Positions 1-12,834 of a stretch of 64,000 bases of DNA are shown in pieces. The notes below the pieces were generated by a model, which did not search any database, was not told where the DNA came from, and was given only the letters and a program-made list of their open reading frames with translations. Position numbers and translations under genes: made by a program. Position 1 is the first letter of the stretch. Each line of letters starts with the position of its first letter. This DNA is from Macrostomum lignano (taxonomy: Eukaryota), in the NCBI GenBank assembly GCA_002269645.1, contig NIVC01002102.1:62001-126000 (forward strand), given 5' to 3'.

Positions 1-200
1 CCGTGGCTTCCGAGCAGGCGGCGCTATTTCGGCGCTACAATCGGCGCCTGGCGGCCACGCGAGCGGCGCTGGCGAAACGAAGCGGCGATCGGGAAACCGC
101 CAGGCGTTGGCGACTTCGCCTGCAGGCAGCCTCGGCGACGCCTGCTGAGCGGGAGCTGGAGCGGCGAGACCTGCAGATGGTGCTCCAGCAGCGGGGGCAG
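1..200 (+). CDS. Internal exon of an unidentified coiled-coil protein (5' part outside window)
   Basis: Open GC-rich frame (...ERELERRDLQMVLQQRGQ) ending at CAG|GTGACT, phase 0, matching the phase-0 acceptor at 2327. Confidence 0.6.
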
Positions 201-255
201 GTGACTCATTTTTTTCACAAGACCTACGGCTTCCCCCCTCCCCCCCAGTAAAAGC

Positions 256-537
256 TATGGGGGACATGCCAATGCATTGTCCCCCTCCTCCCTACCTAGT
301 AACCCGTTAGGGAAATCAATAAATTTTCTTAAGGGCACCAAAATGAGTGCCTGCGGCGCTAAAATGATTGCCTTCGGCGCTAAAATGAGTGCCTGCGGCG
401 CCAAAAGAGTGGCTGCGGCGCTAAAATGACCGCTGACAACACCGATTCTCAAATAATGGACATGTAGGAATGTAATCATGTACACGTTGAATTCTTGGCT
501 TTGTCCTGCCCCCATAAAATGCATGGCGACGCCCCTG
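256..537 (-). mobile_element. Partial hAT-like MITE, relative of the element at 40742
   Basis: 4-5 copies of the same 21-bp unit (AAAATGAGTGCCTGCGGCGCY) plus shared flank CTGACAA...GATTCT..AAATAAT; one TIR-like end CAGGGGCGTCGCC (minus, ends at 537); other end not found. Confidence 0.55.
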
Positions 538-832
538 TGTTTGCCTATAGGCCATGGACAACTAGATTAGGACACTACGGTTTCACAGCAAAAGGTATTG
601 TCGGTATTGGGAGTTTATATGTTTTATAATACATTTTATTCCTCCATAGAATTTTAATTCTATTAATATAACTACACCAGCAGTATCAATTACATGTACT
701 GATACGAGTACTCAGAGAAAAAGGATGTTTACAAAGGACGGGAAACTTTCTTTCTTTAGAAAATACCTCGAGACTGGTTTCTCGGGAAAAGCCCTACCGA
801 CATGGGCTTGATCTTTTCACTTTTCACCACAG

Positions 833-2158
833 CTCCCCTGTGCCCCATCCTCCCCTGTGCCCCATCCTCCCCTGTGCCCCATCCTCCCCTGTGCCCCATC
901 CTCCCCTGTGCCCCATCCTCCCCTGGGCTCCATCCCCCCTTTGCCCCATCCTCCCCTGTGCCCCATCCTCCCCTGTGCCCAATCCTCCCCTGTGCCCCAT
1001 CCTCCCCTGTGCCCCATCCTCCCCTGTGCCCCATCCTCCCCTGTGCCCCATCCTCCCCTGTGCCCCATCCTTCCCTGTGCCCCATCCTCCCCTGTGCCCC
1101 ATCCTCCCCTGTGCCCCATCCTCCCCTGGGCTCCATCCCCCTTTGCCCCATCCTCCCCTGTGCCCCATCCTCCCCTGTGCCCCATCCTTCCCTGTGCCCC
1201 ATCCTCCCCTGTGCCCCATCCTCCCCTGTGCCCCATCCTCCCCTGGGCTCCATCCCCCCTTTGCCCCATCCTCCCCTGTGCCCCATCCTCCCTGTGCCCA
1301 ATCCTCCCCTGTGCCCCATCCTCCCCTGTGCCCCATCCTCCCCTGTGCCCCATCCTCCCCTGTGCCCCATCCTCCCCTGTGCCCCATCCTCCCTGTGCCC
1401 AATCCTCCCCTGTGCCCCATCCTCCCCTGTGCCCCATCCTCCCCTGTGCCCCATCCTCCCCTGTGCTCCATCCTCCCCTGTGCCCCATCCTCCCCTGTGC
1501 CCCATCCTCCCCTGTGCCCCATCCTCCCCTGTGCCCAATCCTCCCCTGTGCCCCATCCTCCCCTGTGCCCCATCCTCCCCTGTGCCCCATCCTCCCCTGT
1601 GCCCCATCCTTCCCTGTGCCCCATCCTCCCCTGTGCCCCATCCTCCCCTGTGCCCCATCCTTCCCTGTGCCCCATCCTCCCCTGTGCCCCATCCTCCCCT
1701 GTGCCCCATCCTCCCCCTGTGCCCCATCCTCCCCTGTGCCCCATCCTCCCCTGTGCCCCATGCTCCCCTGTGCCCCATCCTCCCCTGTGCCCCATCCTCC
1801 CCTGGGCTCCATCCCCCCTTTGCCCCATCCTCCCTGTGCCCCATCCTCCCCTGTGCCCAATCCTCCCCTGTGCCCCATCCTCCCCTGTGCCCCATCCTCC
1901 CCTGTGCCCCATCCTCCCCTGTGCCCCATCCTCCCCTGTGCCCCATCCTCCCCTGTGCTCCATCCTCCCCTGTGCCCCATCCTCCCTGTGCCCCATCCTC
2001 CCTGTGCCCAATCCTCCCCTGTGCCCCATCCTCCCCTGTGCCCAATCCTCCCCTGTGCCCCATCCTCCCCTGTGCCTCATCCTCCCTGTGCCCCATCCTC
2101 CCCCTGTGCCCCATCATCCCCTGTGCCCCATCATCCTGTGCCCCATCCTCCTCTGTGC
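833..2158. repeat. 17-bp minisatellite (TCCCCTGTGCCCCATCC)n
   Basis: Direct inspection; intron of gene 1. Confidence 0.95.
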
Positions 2159-2326
2159 CCTATCTTCCTGTTCCTCATATTCCATTTTCTCCGGTCTGAG
2201 ACAGAAAAAATCCCAGGCCTTAAACTTTATAAGTGTTATCGCAATCGTTTAAGTTGTGGGTTTTGAAGACATCGTGTTGTAAAATTTCGAGCTTATGAAA
2301 CGGCCTCGTCCTTGAATAACCTTCAG

Positions 2327-2767
2327 GGCAGGCGCAGCGGCAGTCCGCAGCTCACCAGCCAGCTGCTGGCAGCTGTGGAACGCCGAGTTGCCGAGTCCTC
2401 CGACCGGTCGCCTGGCAACCAGCAGCTGCTGGAGCTGGACAGGCGCCGCCAGGCCGAACTTCGACACGCCGATCGGGTCCGCGAGTTCTGCGACAGTCTG
2501 GCTCGACTGCGACTGCCCGCCGCTGCCAGTAGCTTAACAGACCAGTCGTCAGTCTCGCCTGCGACAGACTACTACGCCAGCAGGTCGCTGTCTATGCTGG
2601 CAGTAACTGCGGGCGGCTCCAGGACAGCGCTGGTAGACCAATCTGTCCCAGAAAGGGAGGCTGAAGGCTGTCGTCAGCGCCTCGTTCAGCGTCCGCAGAC
2701 ATCGGGCCCAGCCAGCAACTTGACCTTTCGCAGTGTGAAGCTGCCGACTGGCTGGAGTGCTGACTAG
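2327..2767 (+). CDS. Terminal exon of the same unidentified protein
   Basis: Acceptor CTTCAG|GGC (phase 0), open GC-rich frame GRRSGSPQ...LPTGWSAD, TAG at 2765-2767, followed by AT-rich 3' sequence. No domain recognised. Confidence 0.6.
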   Translation, partial: GRRSGSPQLTSQLLAAVERRVAESSDRSPGNQQLLELDRRRQAELRHADRVREFCDSLARLRLPAAASSLTDQSSVSPATDYYASRSLSMLAVTAGGSRTALVDQSVPEREAEGCRQRLVQRPQTSGPASNLTFRSVKLPTGWSAD

Positions 2768-2795
2768 ACTGGCTAGAATACAAACTGCACTGAGC

Positions 2796-2840
<45 letters not shown>

Positions 2841-2859
2841 GGATAGATAGATAGATAGA

Positions 2860-2897
<38 letters not shown>

Positions 2898-2922
2898 GGA
2901 TAGATAAATAGATAGATAGATG

Positions 2923-2985
<63 letters not shown>
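2796..2985. repeat. (GATA)n microsatellite
   Basis: Direct inspection; 30 nt after the gene 1 stop. Confidence 0.95.
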
Positions 2986-4296
2986 TGACAGATGAAGCTT
3001 ACTGTTGGATTGATTAATGCAACTAAGGCCAACAGTTAAATACTATTGGTTTCAAAAATCAAATGCTTTAATCGCAACGTGATCCAGTGTATCAAACAAT
3101 TATCGCAAATTATAACTAAATCTTGCGTCGTTGCGAATTAACCTCTATTTGTTATACATAGCTACACCAGATTTATTGAAGTAAAATTTAACCAATACTC
3201 TGAAACAAACAATATTTAAAACTAAACAGTACAAAACAGAAGCAAAAAAACTAAAATTCGCCCAAAAAACTGTGTGTAGAAAGGTATTTGAGATTATTTA
3301 AGAATATATCCGATAAAATAAAGGTCAATCAGTTTGTTAAAATTAATTAAGGGAACACGGGAAACGCGTGCCTTTTTCGTTCCTGCAAAATAGAAGTCAT
3401 GTGTAAGTGAATAATTAAAAATTGAACAAGCATATACGAGTAAAAAGAGCAATTGTCATTTCCATCCTTTCAAAAAATATTGTCATTTTTTAAATTAAGC
3501 TATTTAAACTACAACAGCTTTAGCTTTTGATGCAATTCATGGAAATAAATGAAATTACAAAATGAATATTTAATTCATAGTTTCATGCCATGAAGTAAAG
3601 CAATTCTATTATTAGAGATAACGCCTATTGGGAATCTGTTTTCCAAGGTTCAAATCAACAGTACGTTTAGCAGTAAGTCAGAACAAGAGAATGTTAAAAT
3701 TTTAACTTTCATGAACAGCATTCGTAATTAATTGTACTTTTAGAATATATTAGTTGGGTAGCTAGCTATACCAAAAGCTTCAAACGGTACATGTGGCATA
3801 CAAAATATTTGCTTTTCGAATTTTTGTGTGTAAAAATAGTTTTTTATTCGTTTCTGCATTACAAAAAACCCTAATATAACTGGAATCATATTCCTGTCGA
3901 TTTGTCCTAACGTGAATTGATGATTAATTGATTGCCTGCGCCTGGGGGGTTGGACCCTCATGGGTTGTGAATCGCCGCTCACGGAATCATACCAAGGGGT
4001 TGCAGCGCGAGAGTCAGATGCGTTTGCTGCTGAGCTGCTCTGCCCGCTAATTAGGGTTTAGGTTAGGTTTAGGGTCAGTTGCCAGTCAGAATTTAAAAAA
4101 TTCCAGTTACTTTGTTTAGTACGATTGCTTTGCTCTGCAGGTATAGCGTTTCTGAAAAAATGGTTGGATCAACCTCAAACAAGACACTCAGTTGCAAGGA
4201 AAATGTGCATGATTTTCGAATGTAGTGCCCGCGGCCTTCAGCTACTTTTAGTTGTCCATGTTTTCATCCTTTGAATTGCTGAAGTCTGCAATAGTT

Positions 4297-4530
4297 TCAA
4301 ACGGTCGAAGATTGAGCGGCAGTGGCGCCGCCAGCGTTCTCGTCTGTCGATGCCGCAGAGGTTGGAGCGTCCTTCACCAGTGCCTGGTAGACTTCAGATC
4401 GAAGAAAACGCTGGTAAGAGTCCTTCTCCATCAGAGCTTGGATTCGTTTCTGCGCCTGCTCAAATAAATGACTGTCCGGGCTGCCCATCGCATTGATGGT
4501 TGCTAGACGGGTGGTGCTGTCCAGGTTCAC
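4297..4530 (-). CDS. RGS: RGS protein, last exon (RGS box C-terminal half)
   Basis: CTGCAG|GTG AAC; VNLDSTTR...FEQAQKRIQALMEKDSYQRFLRSEVY matches the RGS consensus EVNLD...FDxAQ..I..LMExDSYxRFL; TGA at 4297-4299. Confidence 0.95.
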   Translation of the reverse strand: MNLDSTTRLATINAMGSPDSHLFEQAQKRIQALMEKDSYQRFLRSEVYQALVKDAPTSAASTDENAGGATAAQSSTV

Positions 4531-4829
4531 CTGCAGTTGCGATGTTGGCAGCGGCTTGAGGGAATGGCGTGCAGCTTGATGCTCCGACAGGAGGTTGAAA
4601 GCAAATAGAGTCAATTTATTTGTTTTGAGTAAGATTAGCCAAAAAATCAAATTTTAGTACATTTTTAGTAACATTCTTGTAATTCGTTACCCCGTTGGCC
4701 GAAATGACTGACATGTGGCTCTGGGCTGAAGCTAGGACATTGTCTTGAAACATTTAACTATGCTTCTCCATACTCCATATGCTCCTCGTCCAAAGCAGAA
4801 TAAAGCACAGTCGGTGTGGCGTTGGCCAG

Positions 4830-5334
4830 GCCAGGGGTGTGGGGGGCGGCGAGCCCCCTACTAGCCTTACGGAAGCCAGGGTGAGGGGGCGGCGAGCCCC
4901 CCACTAGCCTTACGGAAGCCAGGGTGAGGGGGCGGCGAGCCCCCCACTAGCCTTACGGAAGCCAGGGTGAGGGGGCGGCGAGCCCCCCCCCCACTAGCCT
5001 TACGGAAGCCAGGGTGAGGGGGCGGCGAGCCCCCCACTAGCCTTACGGAAGCCAGGGTGAGGGGGCGGCGAGCCCCCCACTAGCCTTACGGAAGCCAGGG
5101 TGAGGGGGCGGCGAGCCCCCCACTAGCCTTACGGAAGCCAGGGTGAGGGGGCGGCGAGCCCCCACTAGCCTTACGGAAGCCAGGGTGAGGGGCGGCGAGC
5201 CCCCACTAGCCTTACGGAAGCAAGGGTGAGGGGGCGGCGAGCCCCCCACTAGCCTTACGGAAGCCAGGGTGAGGGGGCGGCGTGCCCCCCACTAGCCTTA
5301 CGGAAGCCAGGGGTGTGGGGTGCGGCGAGCCCCC
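4830..5334. repeat. 43-bp minisatellite, about 12 copies, each with a GGGGGC/GCCCCC hairpin
   Basis: Period measured at CTAG 4861, 4904, 4947; last RGS intron. Confidence 0.95.
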
Positions 5335-5631
5335 TACATTTGGCAACCCCTACCTAACAACAACAACAACCCCTTTGACATCTCCACCCAACAACTATAC
5401 CAAATATAGCCTAAGCTTCTTAGTTAGTTTTTATATCGGGCCATAAAAGAATAAGAGCAAATAACACATCGTCCCACCTTTGAAGACGACAGCGTCTTCA
5501 TTCACTAGTTTAAACAGGCTTTAAAATGTCCCGTCAAACGTCCCCTCTCCGTTTCCTTGTCAATTCTATAGTCTATGGTCAAGTCATCCTATCACCAAAG
5601 ACAAAAGCTATGCTTATCTCGAAACAGTTAC

Positions 5632-5798
5632 CTCTCTTGGCGCCTGGAAGGCCACAAATTCCGTGTAAATCTTCTGCGCCTTCAACGTCTGCTTCTTTAA
5701 TCCAATTAGGCCGCGATATTCTTCACAAGCGATCCAGAATTCGATGTTTTCGTCCGAGTACTCGGTCTTGAGGAAGGCCCTGAATAGGGCGAGGCCGT
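5632..5798 (-). CDS. RGS: RGS protein exon (RGS box N-terminal half); missed by the ORF track
   Basis: Hand translation (Y)GLALFRAFLKTEYSDENIEFWIACEEYRGLIGLKKQTLKAQKIYTEFVAFQAPRE; TTACAG acceptor, GAG|GTAACT donor; phases match neighbours. Confidence 0.95.
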
Positions 5799-6140
5799 CT
5801 GTAATCGAATCAATTTTTGAGAGCTGAATCTGTTACATAAAAATGCTACTTATTGACCTGAAACTATATGATTCATAACAGAATTCCCGACAGTGAACGC
5901 TATACCGTCTGAGGCTTTTTGTACAGAGCCAAAAGATCAGTCATCAGCTCACTCGATTCGATATACAACTCGATATTCATGAACCCCCAATGAAATATCA
6001 GATAAGCCATTGAGAATGACTACTGCTGGTATAAAAGTGACGGTCCATCAGTACAGCAAAATCGTCTTTACTTGCTGTTTGCAGTAAATTGTCAGGCATA
6101 GCTACAATAGGAAGCATCAATGCACAGAACTGGCCCTTAC

Positions 6141-6289
6141 ACTTGTCATTCAGCAGGCAGTCAAAGGAGGCTCCCCAACGTTGCACCTGATCCGACGAGG
6201 GCTTGAAATTCGGCCGCAGGCTGGACGACTTTTCCAACGCAGCCGTCGTATCCGTCGACCTTCTCGACAAGAAGCCGAACTTTTCGCCT
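6141..6289 (-). CDS. RGS: RGS protein exon (start of RGS box)
   Basis: TTGCAG acceptor (phase 2), GEKFGFLSRR...PSSDQVQRWGASFDCLLNDK, donor T|GTAAGG; T+AC completes Tyr in LLNDKYGLALF. Confidence 0.9.
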
Positions 6290-6760
6290 CTGCAAGTAAA
6301 TCCGCGGAAATCCCGTGAGACGCGCTCGGCTAATGAAACAGAAACCATCTAGCATTTTTGCGGCTTGCAATCCACTAGCTACTAAATTATTCAAGGACCA
6401 CTGGGACTGAGGGGGAGTCCATGGACAGGGCAGGGAGGGATCCCTCTGCTGCAGTCTGGGAATTCCCGAATTCAGAAGTGTCAACCTGTCTTTCCTCTGG
6501 CCCACTTTAATCCCGCCAACTGATGCGGATTCTTCTGTCCATGGTCTCAAAGGAAATGAGTTGGTAGCTGCTATTCTAAGTCAAGCCAAGGGTCTGGGTG
6601 CTGCCCTGCTTTTGGAGCTGAAATTGAGGACAGTTTGAGTTGGCAGTCTGCAACGGCAGTCAAAATTTTGATATAAAAATTGCAAAAGTAGCCGAAATTG
6701 TTTCAACTAGTTTTTTTCACAGAACAACACAGAAAACCATGATTAAGGGCTCTTACCGGA

Positions 6761-7212
6761 TGCACTAGATCTATCCTTGTTATTTGCACTAGATCTATCC
6801 TTGTTATTTGCACTAGATCTATCCTTGTTATTTGCACTACATCTATCCTTGTTATTTGCCCTAGATCTATCCTTGTTATTTGCACTAGATCTATCCTTGT
6901 TATTTGCCCTAGATTTATCCTTGTTATTTTCACTAGATCTATCCTTGTTATTTTCACTAGATCTATCCATTATTTGCCCTAGATCTATCCTTGCTATTTG
7001 CCCTAGATCTATCCTTGTTATATGCACTAGATCTATCCCTGTAATATGCACTAGATCTATCCTTGCTATTTGCCCTAGATCTATCCTTGTTATATGCACT
7101 AGATCTATCCCTGTAATATGCACTAGATCTATCCTTGCTATTTGCCCTAGATCTATCCTTGTTATATGCACTAGATCTATCCCTGTAATATGCACTAGAT
7201 CTATCCTTGCTA
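6761..7212. repeat. 24-bp minisatellite with 72-bp higher-order block
   Basis: TATTTGCACTAGATCTATCCTTGT units; 3-unit variant pattern repeats about 3 times from 6970. Confidence 0.92.
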
Positions 7213-7260
7213 GACGCACTATATATCATTATCCAGCATCATCATCCAGAATCAGCTCAC

Positions 7261-7430
7261 ATGCTCTTCTTCTTAGTCTTTGCCGACTTCTGCTGCAGAT
7301 CGCTGGAACCCCGACGCGACTCCTCGAACTGCGAGCAGGACGATAGTCGGCGAACCTCGTTCGCGAAGTCCCCGCTGCCGAGGCTGCCCCGTCCCTCGTA
7401 GGCTGCGGCCGACCATTCTGGAGCTCGCGA
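7261..7430 (-). CDS. RGS: RGS protein, N-terminal exon of proximal isoform
   Basis: CCGCAG|TCG (phase 0) ... AAG AGC AT|GTGAGC (phase 2), joining the 6289 exon in frame. Confidence 0.75.
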
Positions 7431-7616
7431 CTGCGGCAAAGGCACATGAAGTACTTGATGTAATTTATAAAGTACACATTTTAATATCACACTGAAACAA
7501 TGCAGAATCTCCCCAATTGTCTATGGCAGAAGTTGCTTAGAGTAGCTTAATCTGTAATGAGGACATTCGGGTGTACAGTGGGCCTCTCCTGACGAGAGAG
7601 GCAGCGAGAATCTCAC

Positions 7617-7919
7617 CCCGCGATGTCGCAGAAACAGTGCGTGCGCCGGCGGAGCCACCGAGGCGGCGGAGGTGGAGGCAGCGGCGTTGGCCTTGACGCT
7701 TTTGACGTCTTCAGCCGCCGCAGTCGGTTCCTCTTCGTTCTCAGCGTCATCGTCGCAGGCGGCTGAAGCTGCGGCGGCGGCAGAAGCGGCCGTGGACGAG
7801 CCGAGCACCGGGGACGCCTGTGGAAGTCGGCGGCGCGGAGAGGCGGAGTGAGAGGAGGGGGTCGGCGCTGGAGCTGACACTTTGCGGTGCCGGAACCAGT
7901 TGCCCGCTCTGCTGTTCAT
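7617..7919 (-). CDS. RGS: RGS protein, candidate first coding exon of proximal isoform (about 340 aa)
   Basis: ATG at 7919 with in-frame TAG 8 codons upstream; Ala-rich frame to GGG|GTGAGA (phase 0), joining 7430. Confidence 0.65.
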
Positions 7920-8372
7920 GACTGCGCTGAGCTTCTCTGGCTAACTGCTCCCCCACAGCCCCCCTATCAATTTATCCCCGACAGGCCTTCGGGAGCTTAT
8001 TGGCTAGAGCTCTGTCAAGTTCTTCTTATACTCTAAGGACAGGCCCCAGTCTTTCAGAGAAAATGTATCTGATAATTCGAATTCTCTTCCGAACGAATGC
8101 ATTATAACAAGACAATTTACATACTTCAAAAATGTATTAGCAAAAAATCGTTTGATGCTACACAAGGACAACTCAAGTAGGTCAGGAAACTATGGGTTTC
8201 TTGGGAAAAAATTTATCGAAAAAATACATTAAGGAGATTGGAGGGTTTCATTTTATTTCAGCACAAAAATTGTTATTGCTTCTGATAGGAGGCAGATCCA
8301 ATTTTCATCTTTTCATATGTCTTGTCTTTCTTATAGCTCTAGTGATATCTATAGAGCTTTGTTTAGAAAACT

Positions 8373-9424
8373 AGGAATCGGGGAACAGGGCCGCTTCCTA
8401 CGCCCAGGGAATCGGGGAACAGGGCCGCTTCCTCCACCCAGGGAATCGGGGAACAGGGGGAACAGGGCCGCTTCCCCCCACCACCCGCCCAGGGAATCGG
8501 GGAACAGGGCCGCTTTCCTCACCCAGGGAATCGGGGAACAGGGCCGCTTCCTCCACCCAGGGAATCGGGGAACAGGGGGAACAGGGCCGCTTCCCCCCAC
8601 CACCCGCCCAGGGAATCGGGGAACAGGGCCGCTTCCTCCACTCAGGGAATCGGGGAACAGGGCCGCTTCCTCCACCCAGGGAATCCGGGAACAGGGCCGC
8701 TTCCTCCACCCAGGGAATCCGGGAACAGGGCCGCTTCCTCCACCCAGGGAATCGGGGAACAGGGCCGCTTCCTCCACCCAGGGAATCGGGGAACAGGGGG
8801 AACAGGGCCGCTTCCCCCCACCACCCGCCCAGGGAATCGGGGAACAGGGCCGCTTTCCTCACCCAGGGAATCGGGGAACAGGGCCGCTTCCTCCACCCAG
8901 GGAATCCGGGAACAGGGCCGCTTCCTCCACCCAGGGAATCGGGGAACAGGGGGAACAGGGCCGCTTCCCCCCACCACCCGCCCAGGGAATCGGGGAACAG
9001 GGCCGCTTCCTCCACTCAGGGAATCGGGGAACAGGACCGCTTCCTCCACCCAGGGAATCCGGGAACAGGGCCGCTTCCTCCACCCAGGGAATCGGGGAAC
9101 AGGGCCGCTTCCTCCACTCAGGGAATCGGGGAACAGGGCCGCTTCCTCCACCCAGGGAATCGGGGAACAGGGCCGCTTCCTCCATCCAGGGAATCGGGGA
9201 ACAGGACCGCTTCCTCCACCCAGGGAATCGGGGAACAGGGCCGCTTCCTCCACCCAGGGAATCGGGGAACAGGGCCGCTTCCTCCACCCAGGGAATCGGG
9301 GAACAGGACCGCTTTCCCACCAAGGGAATCGGGGAACAGGACCGCTTCCTCCACCCAGGGAATCGGGGAACAGGACCGCTTCCTCCACCCAGGGAATCGG
9401 GGAACAGGACCGCTTTTCCACCCA
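8373..9424. repeat. 34-bp minisatellite (AGGGAATCGGGGAACAGGGCCGCTTCCTCCACCC)n with variants
   Basis: Direct inspection. Confidence 0.93.
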
Positions 9425-9841
9425 GGGTATTGGGAACACAATTGTTGGGATGGAAGTTTCTATTTTGTTCCTTTAGGCAAAACCGCTGAGAAGTTGCTTC
9501 TGAGACGCACCCAGTCCCCCTGCGGGCTCCATCAGGCAATGAGCACGCTTGGTGGCTTCTCAATCAGCGGCTAGTCTGTTGAGTCCGGCTCAGGATTTCT
9601 GGATGAGGTTTCCGGGCCAGTCGGGCGTGAAATCCGATTCAAGAAGGGAGCCAAGACCAGCGGGAACTGCTGTCTTCTTGCAAATATTGAACCAGAGTCA
9701 ATTTAGAATCTTGTGTTCTTTCGCTTGCTTCTAATGATTCGAGTTTGTTGTCCATATGGTAAAATTGTCAGCGTGATAGTTCTGATTATTTATATAAAGT
9801 GTTCTTGTCATTCAGGTGGAGAACTTAATTGCTAATCAATA

Positions 9842-10710
9842 GGTGAGGTTGTCCTCATTCGAGTGAGGTTGTTCTCATTCGGGTGAGGTTGTCCTCATTC
9901 GGGCGCTGAGGTTGTCCTCTTTCGGGTGAGGTTGTCCTCATTCGGGTGAGGTTGTTCTGATTCGGGTGAGGTTGTCCTCATTCGGGTGAGGGTGTCCTCA
10001 TTCGGGTGAGGTTGTCCTCATTCGGGTGAGGTTGTCCTCATTCGGGTGAGGTTGTCCTCATTCGGGTGAGGTTGTCCTCATTGGGGTGATGTTGTTCTCA
10101 TTCGGGTGAGGTTTTCCTCATTCGGGTGAGATTGTCCTCATTCGGGTGAGGTTGTCCTCATTGGGGTGATGTTGTTCTCATTCGGGTGAGGTTATTCTCA
10201 TTCGGGTGAGGTTTTCCTCATTGGGGTGATGTTGTTCTCATTCGGGTGAGGTTATTCTCATTCGGGTGAGGTTTTCCTCATTCGTGTGAGGTTTTCCTCA
10301 TTCGGGTGAGGTTGTCCTCATTCGGGTGAGGTTTTCCTCATTCGGGTGAGGTTGTTCTCATTCGGGTGAGGTTGTCCTCATTCGGGTGAGGTTGTCCTCA
10401 TTCGGGTGAGGTTGTCCTCATTCGGGTGAGGTTGTCCTCATTCGGGTGAGGTTGTCCTCATTTGGGTGAGGTTGTTCTGATTCGGGTGAGGTTGTCCTCA
10501 TTCGGGTGAGGTTGTCCTCATTCGGGTGAGGTTGTCCTCATTCGGGTGAGGTTGTCCTCATTCGGGTGAGGTTGTCCTCATTCGGGTGAGGTTGTCCTCA
10601 TTCGGGTGAGGTTGTTCTCATTCGGGTGAGGTTGTCCTCATTCGGGTGAGGTTGTTCTCATTCGGGTGAGGTTGTCCTCATTCGGGTGAGGTTGTCCTCA
10701 TTCGGGTGAA
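9842..10710. repeat. 20-bp minisatellite (GGTGAGGTTGTCCTCATTCG)n
   Basis: Direct inspection; each unit has a TGAGG/CCTCA stem. Confidence 0.95.
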
Positions 10711-11663
10711 GTTCTGTTAGGTTTCAGGAGATTTCCTTCAATCATGCAATTGTTTGAATTCAATATTAAGGTTTAAATGATTAGGTTTGGTCTCTTCCTA
10801 CTATCATTGCTGCAGCAGACGGTCTTCAAAGAACATTTTCTATCTTTCCCAATATTTATACGAATTCTCGGGCGCATGGCATTGAATATTCAGAATAAAT
10901 CCCATGGGATCTAGCGGCTGGTTGATCAGACATCCCATTGTTCGAGTTACTCGGTTCAGGCCTTCTGGGTGGAACTCCCAATTCAAATGTTTATTTAATC
11001 AGGGGGACATTGCCACAGGGGACTCGCATCTCGCTTTCCCTGAGTCATCGACGGGAGAAGGAGTACTTTCTACTCTGAGTACCACCTACTCTACTCTGAG
11101 TAGAAGCATTCGGAAATCTGAGCCCGGAGTGTAAAAATTGCAATGAGCAATCATTGGTAAGTCTGTCAATTTTAACAAAATTTTGCATTACCTGTCGTCT
11201 CTAAGTAAGTCCGATGCTTCAACTTCAACAGCCTTTATTTCAAAGAGGACATTTCTGCTCTGAAAATCCCTAACGAGGAAATAGGCCCTTCTAAAAAGCG
11301 ATTTCTGTTCGTTCCACTTCCTGCTTTTCAATGCTTAAGAAGTGTTTTTTCAACTTTTAGCCTCGGTGGATCTGGGTTGCGTGCACTCAGCGCTTTTATT
11401 CAAATTCTGTTCTCAGTTCCCCATGCCTTGGCAGACATTTCTATCTGCATTTCAATGGTTTGGTCACGCTATTGAGGCTGCGGGATCTTGGATGCTTGAG
11501 CAATGGATTAATAATGGCTTTGACCGTTTAGTCTTCTGTAATCAAATGTTTATTTTCTAGGTTGTACTTTTATAAGTGTAATCCATTTTGTAGTTGAAAG
11601 ATTTATTAATATGTAATCTAATGATCTTGTAGTCTAATGATTCTGTAATCTATTAAACCATCA

Positions 11664-12640
11664 ATCTAGTGATCCTGTAATCTAGTGATCCTGTAATCTA
11701 GTGATCCTGTAATCTAGTGATACTGTAATCTAGTGATACTGTAATCTAGTGATCCTGTAATCTAGTGATCCTGTAATCTAGTGATCCTGTAATCTAGTGA
11801 TCCTGTAATCTAATGATCCTGTAATCTAGTGATCCTGTAATCTAGTGATCCTGTAATCTAGTGATCCTGTAATCTAGTGATACTGTAATCTAATGATCCT
11901 GTAATCTAGTGATCCTGTAATCTAGTGATCCTGTAATCTAATGATCCTGTAATCTAGTGATCCTGTAATCTAATGATCCTGTAATCTAGTGATCCTGTAA
12001 TCTAGTGATCCTGTAATCTAGTGATCCTGTAATCTAGTGATCCTGTAATCTAGTGATCCTGTAATCTAGTGATACTGTAATCTAGTGATACTGTAATCTA
12101 GTGATACTGTAATCTAGTGATCCTGTAATCTAGTGATCCTGTAATCTAGTGATCCTGTAATCTAGTGATCCTGTAATCTAGTGATCCGGTAATTTAATGA
12201 TCCTTTAATCTAGTGATCCGGTAATTTAATGATCCTTTAATCTAGTGATCCTGTAATCTAGTGATTCTGTAATCTAATGATCCTGTAATCTAGTGATCCT
12301 GTAATCTAGTGACTCTGTAATCTAGTGATACTGTAATCTAGTGATCCTGTAATCTAGTGATCCTGTAATCTAGTGATCCTGTAATCTAGTGATCCTGTAA
12401 TCTAGTGATCCTGTAATCTAGTGATCCTGTAATCTAGTGATCCTGTAATCTAATGATCCTTTAATCTAGTGATCCTGTAATCTAGTGATACTGTAATCTA
12501 GTGATCCTGTAATCTAGTGATAATGTAATCTAGTGATCCTGTAATCTAGTGATCCTGTAATCTAGTGATCCTGTAATCTAGTGATCCTCTAATCTAGTGA
12601 TCCTGTAATCTAGTGACTCTGTAATATGATGGTCCTGTAG
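11664..12640. repeat. 16-bp minisatellite (TCTAGTGATCCTGTAA)n
   Basis: Direct inspection. Confidence 0.95.
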
Positions 12641-12834
12641 TCTAATGATCTTGTAATCTAATAACAGATGCCCATCTATTCCAATTCTGTGGAATTGGAA
12701 GCGGTCAGTCAGTTGACCTTCTCAGTTATGCGGATTTGGACTTTATCATATGAGACATGCGTGCATATATTCGCATGTACGAAAGCTCATACAAGTTGGC
12801 CCAAGCACTTCCACAAGCTATTTCGAAGCCGCAC

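Noticed and set aside
2744-2767. WW domain start (LPTGW) at the end of gene 1
   Set aside because: A stop follows three residues later; no second Trp or aromatic core.
4051-4075. Interstitial telomere-like TTAGGG/TTAGG run
   Set aside because: Only about 25 bp and degenerate; too short to separate from chance or a repeat end.
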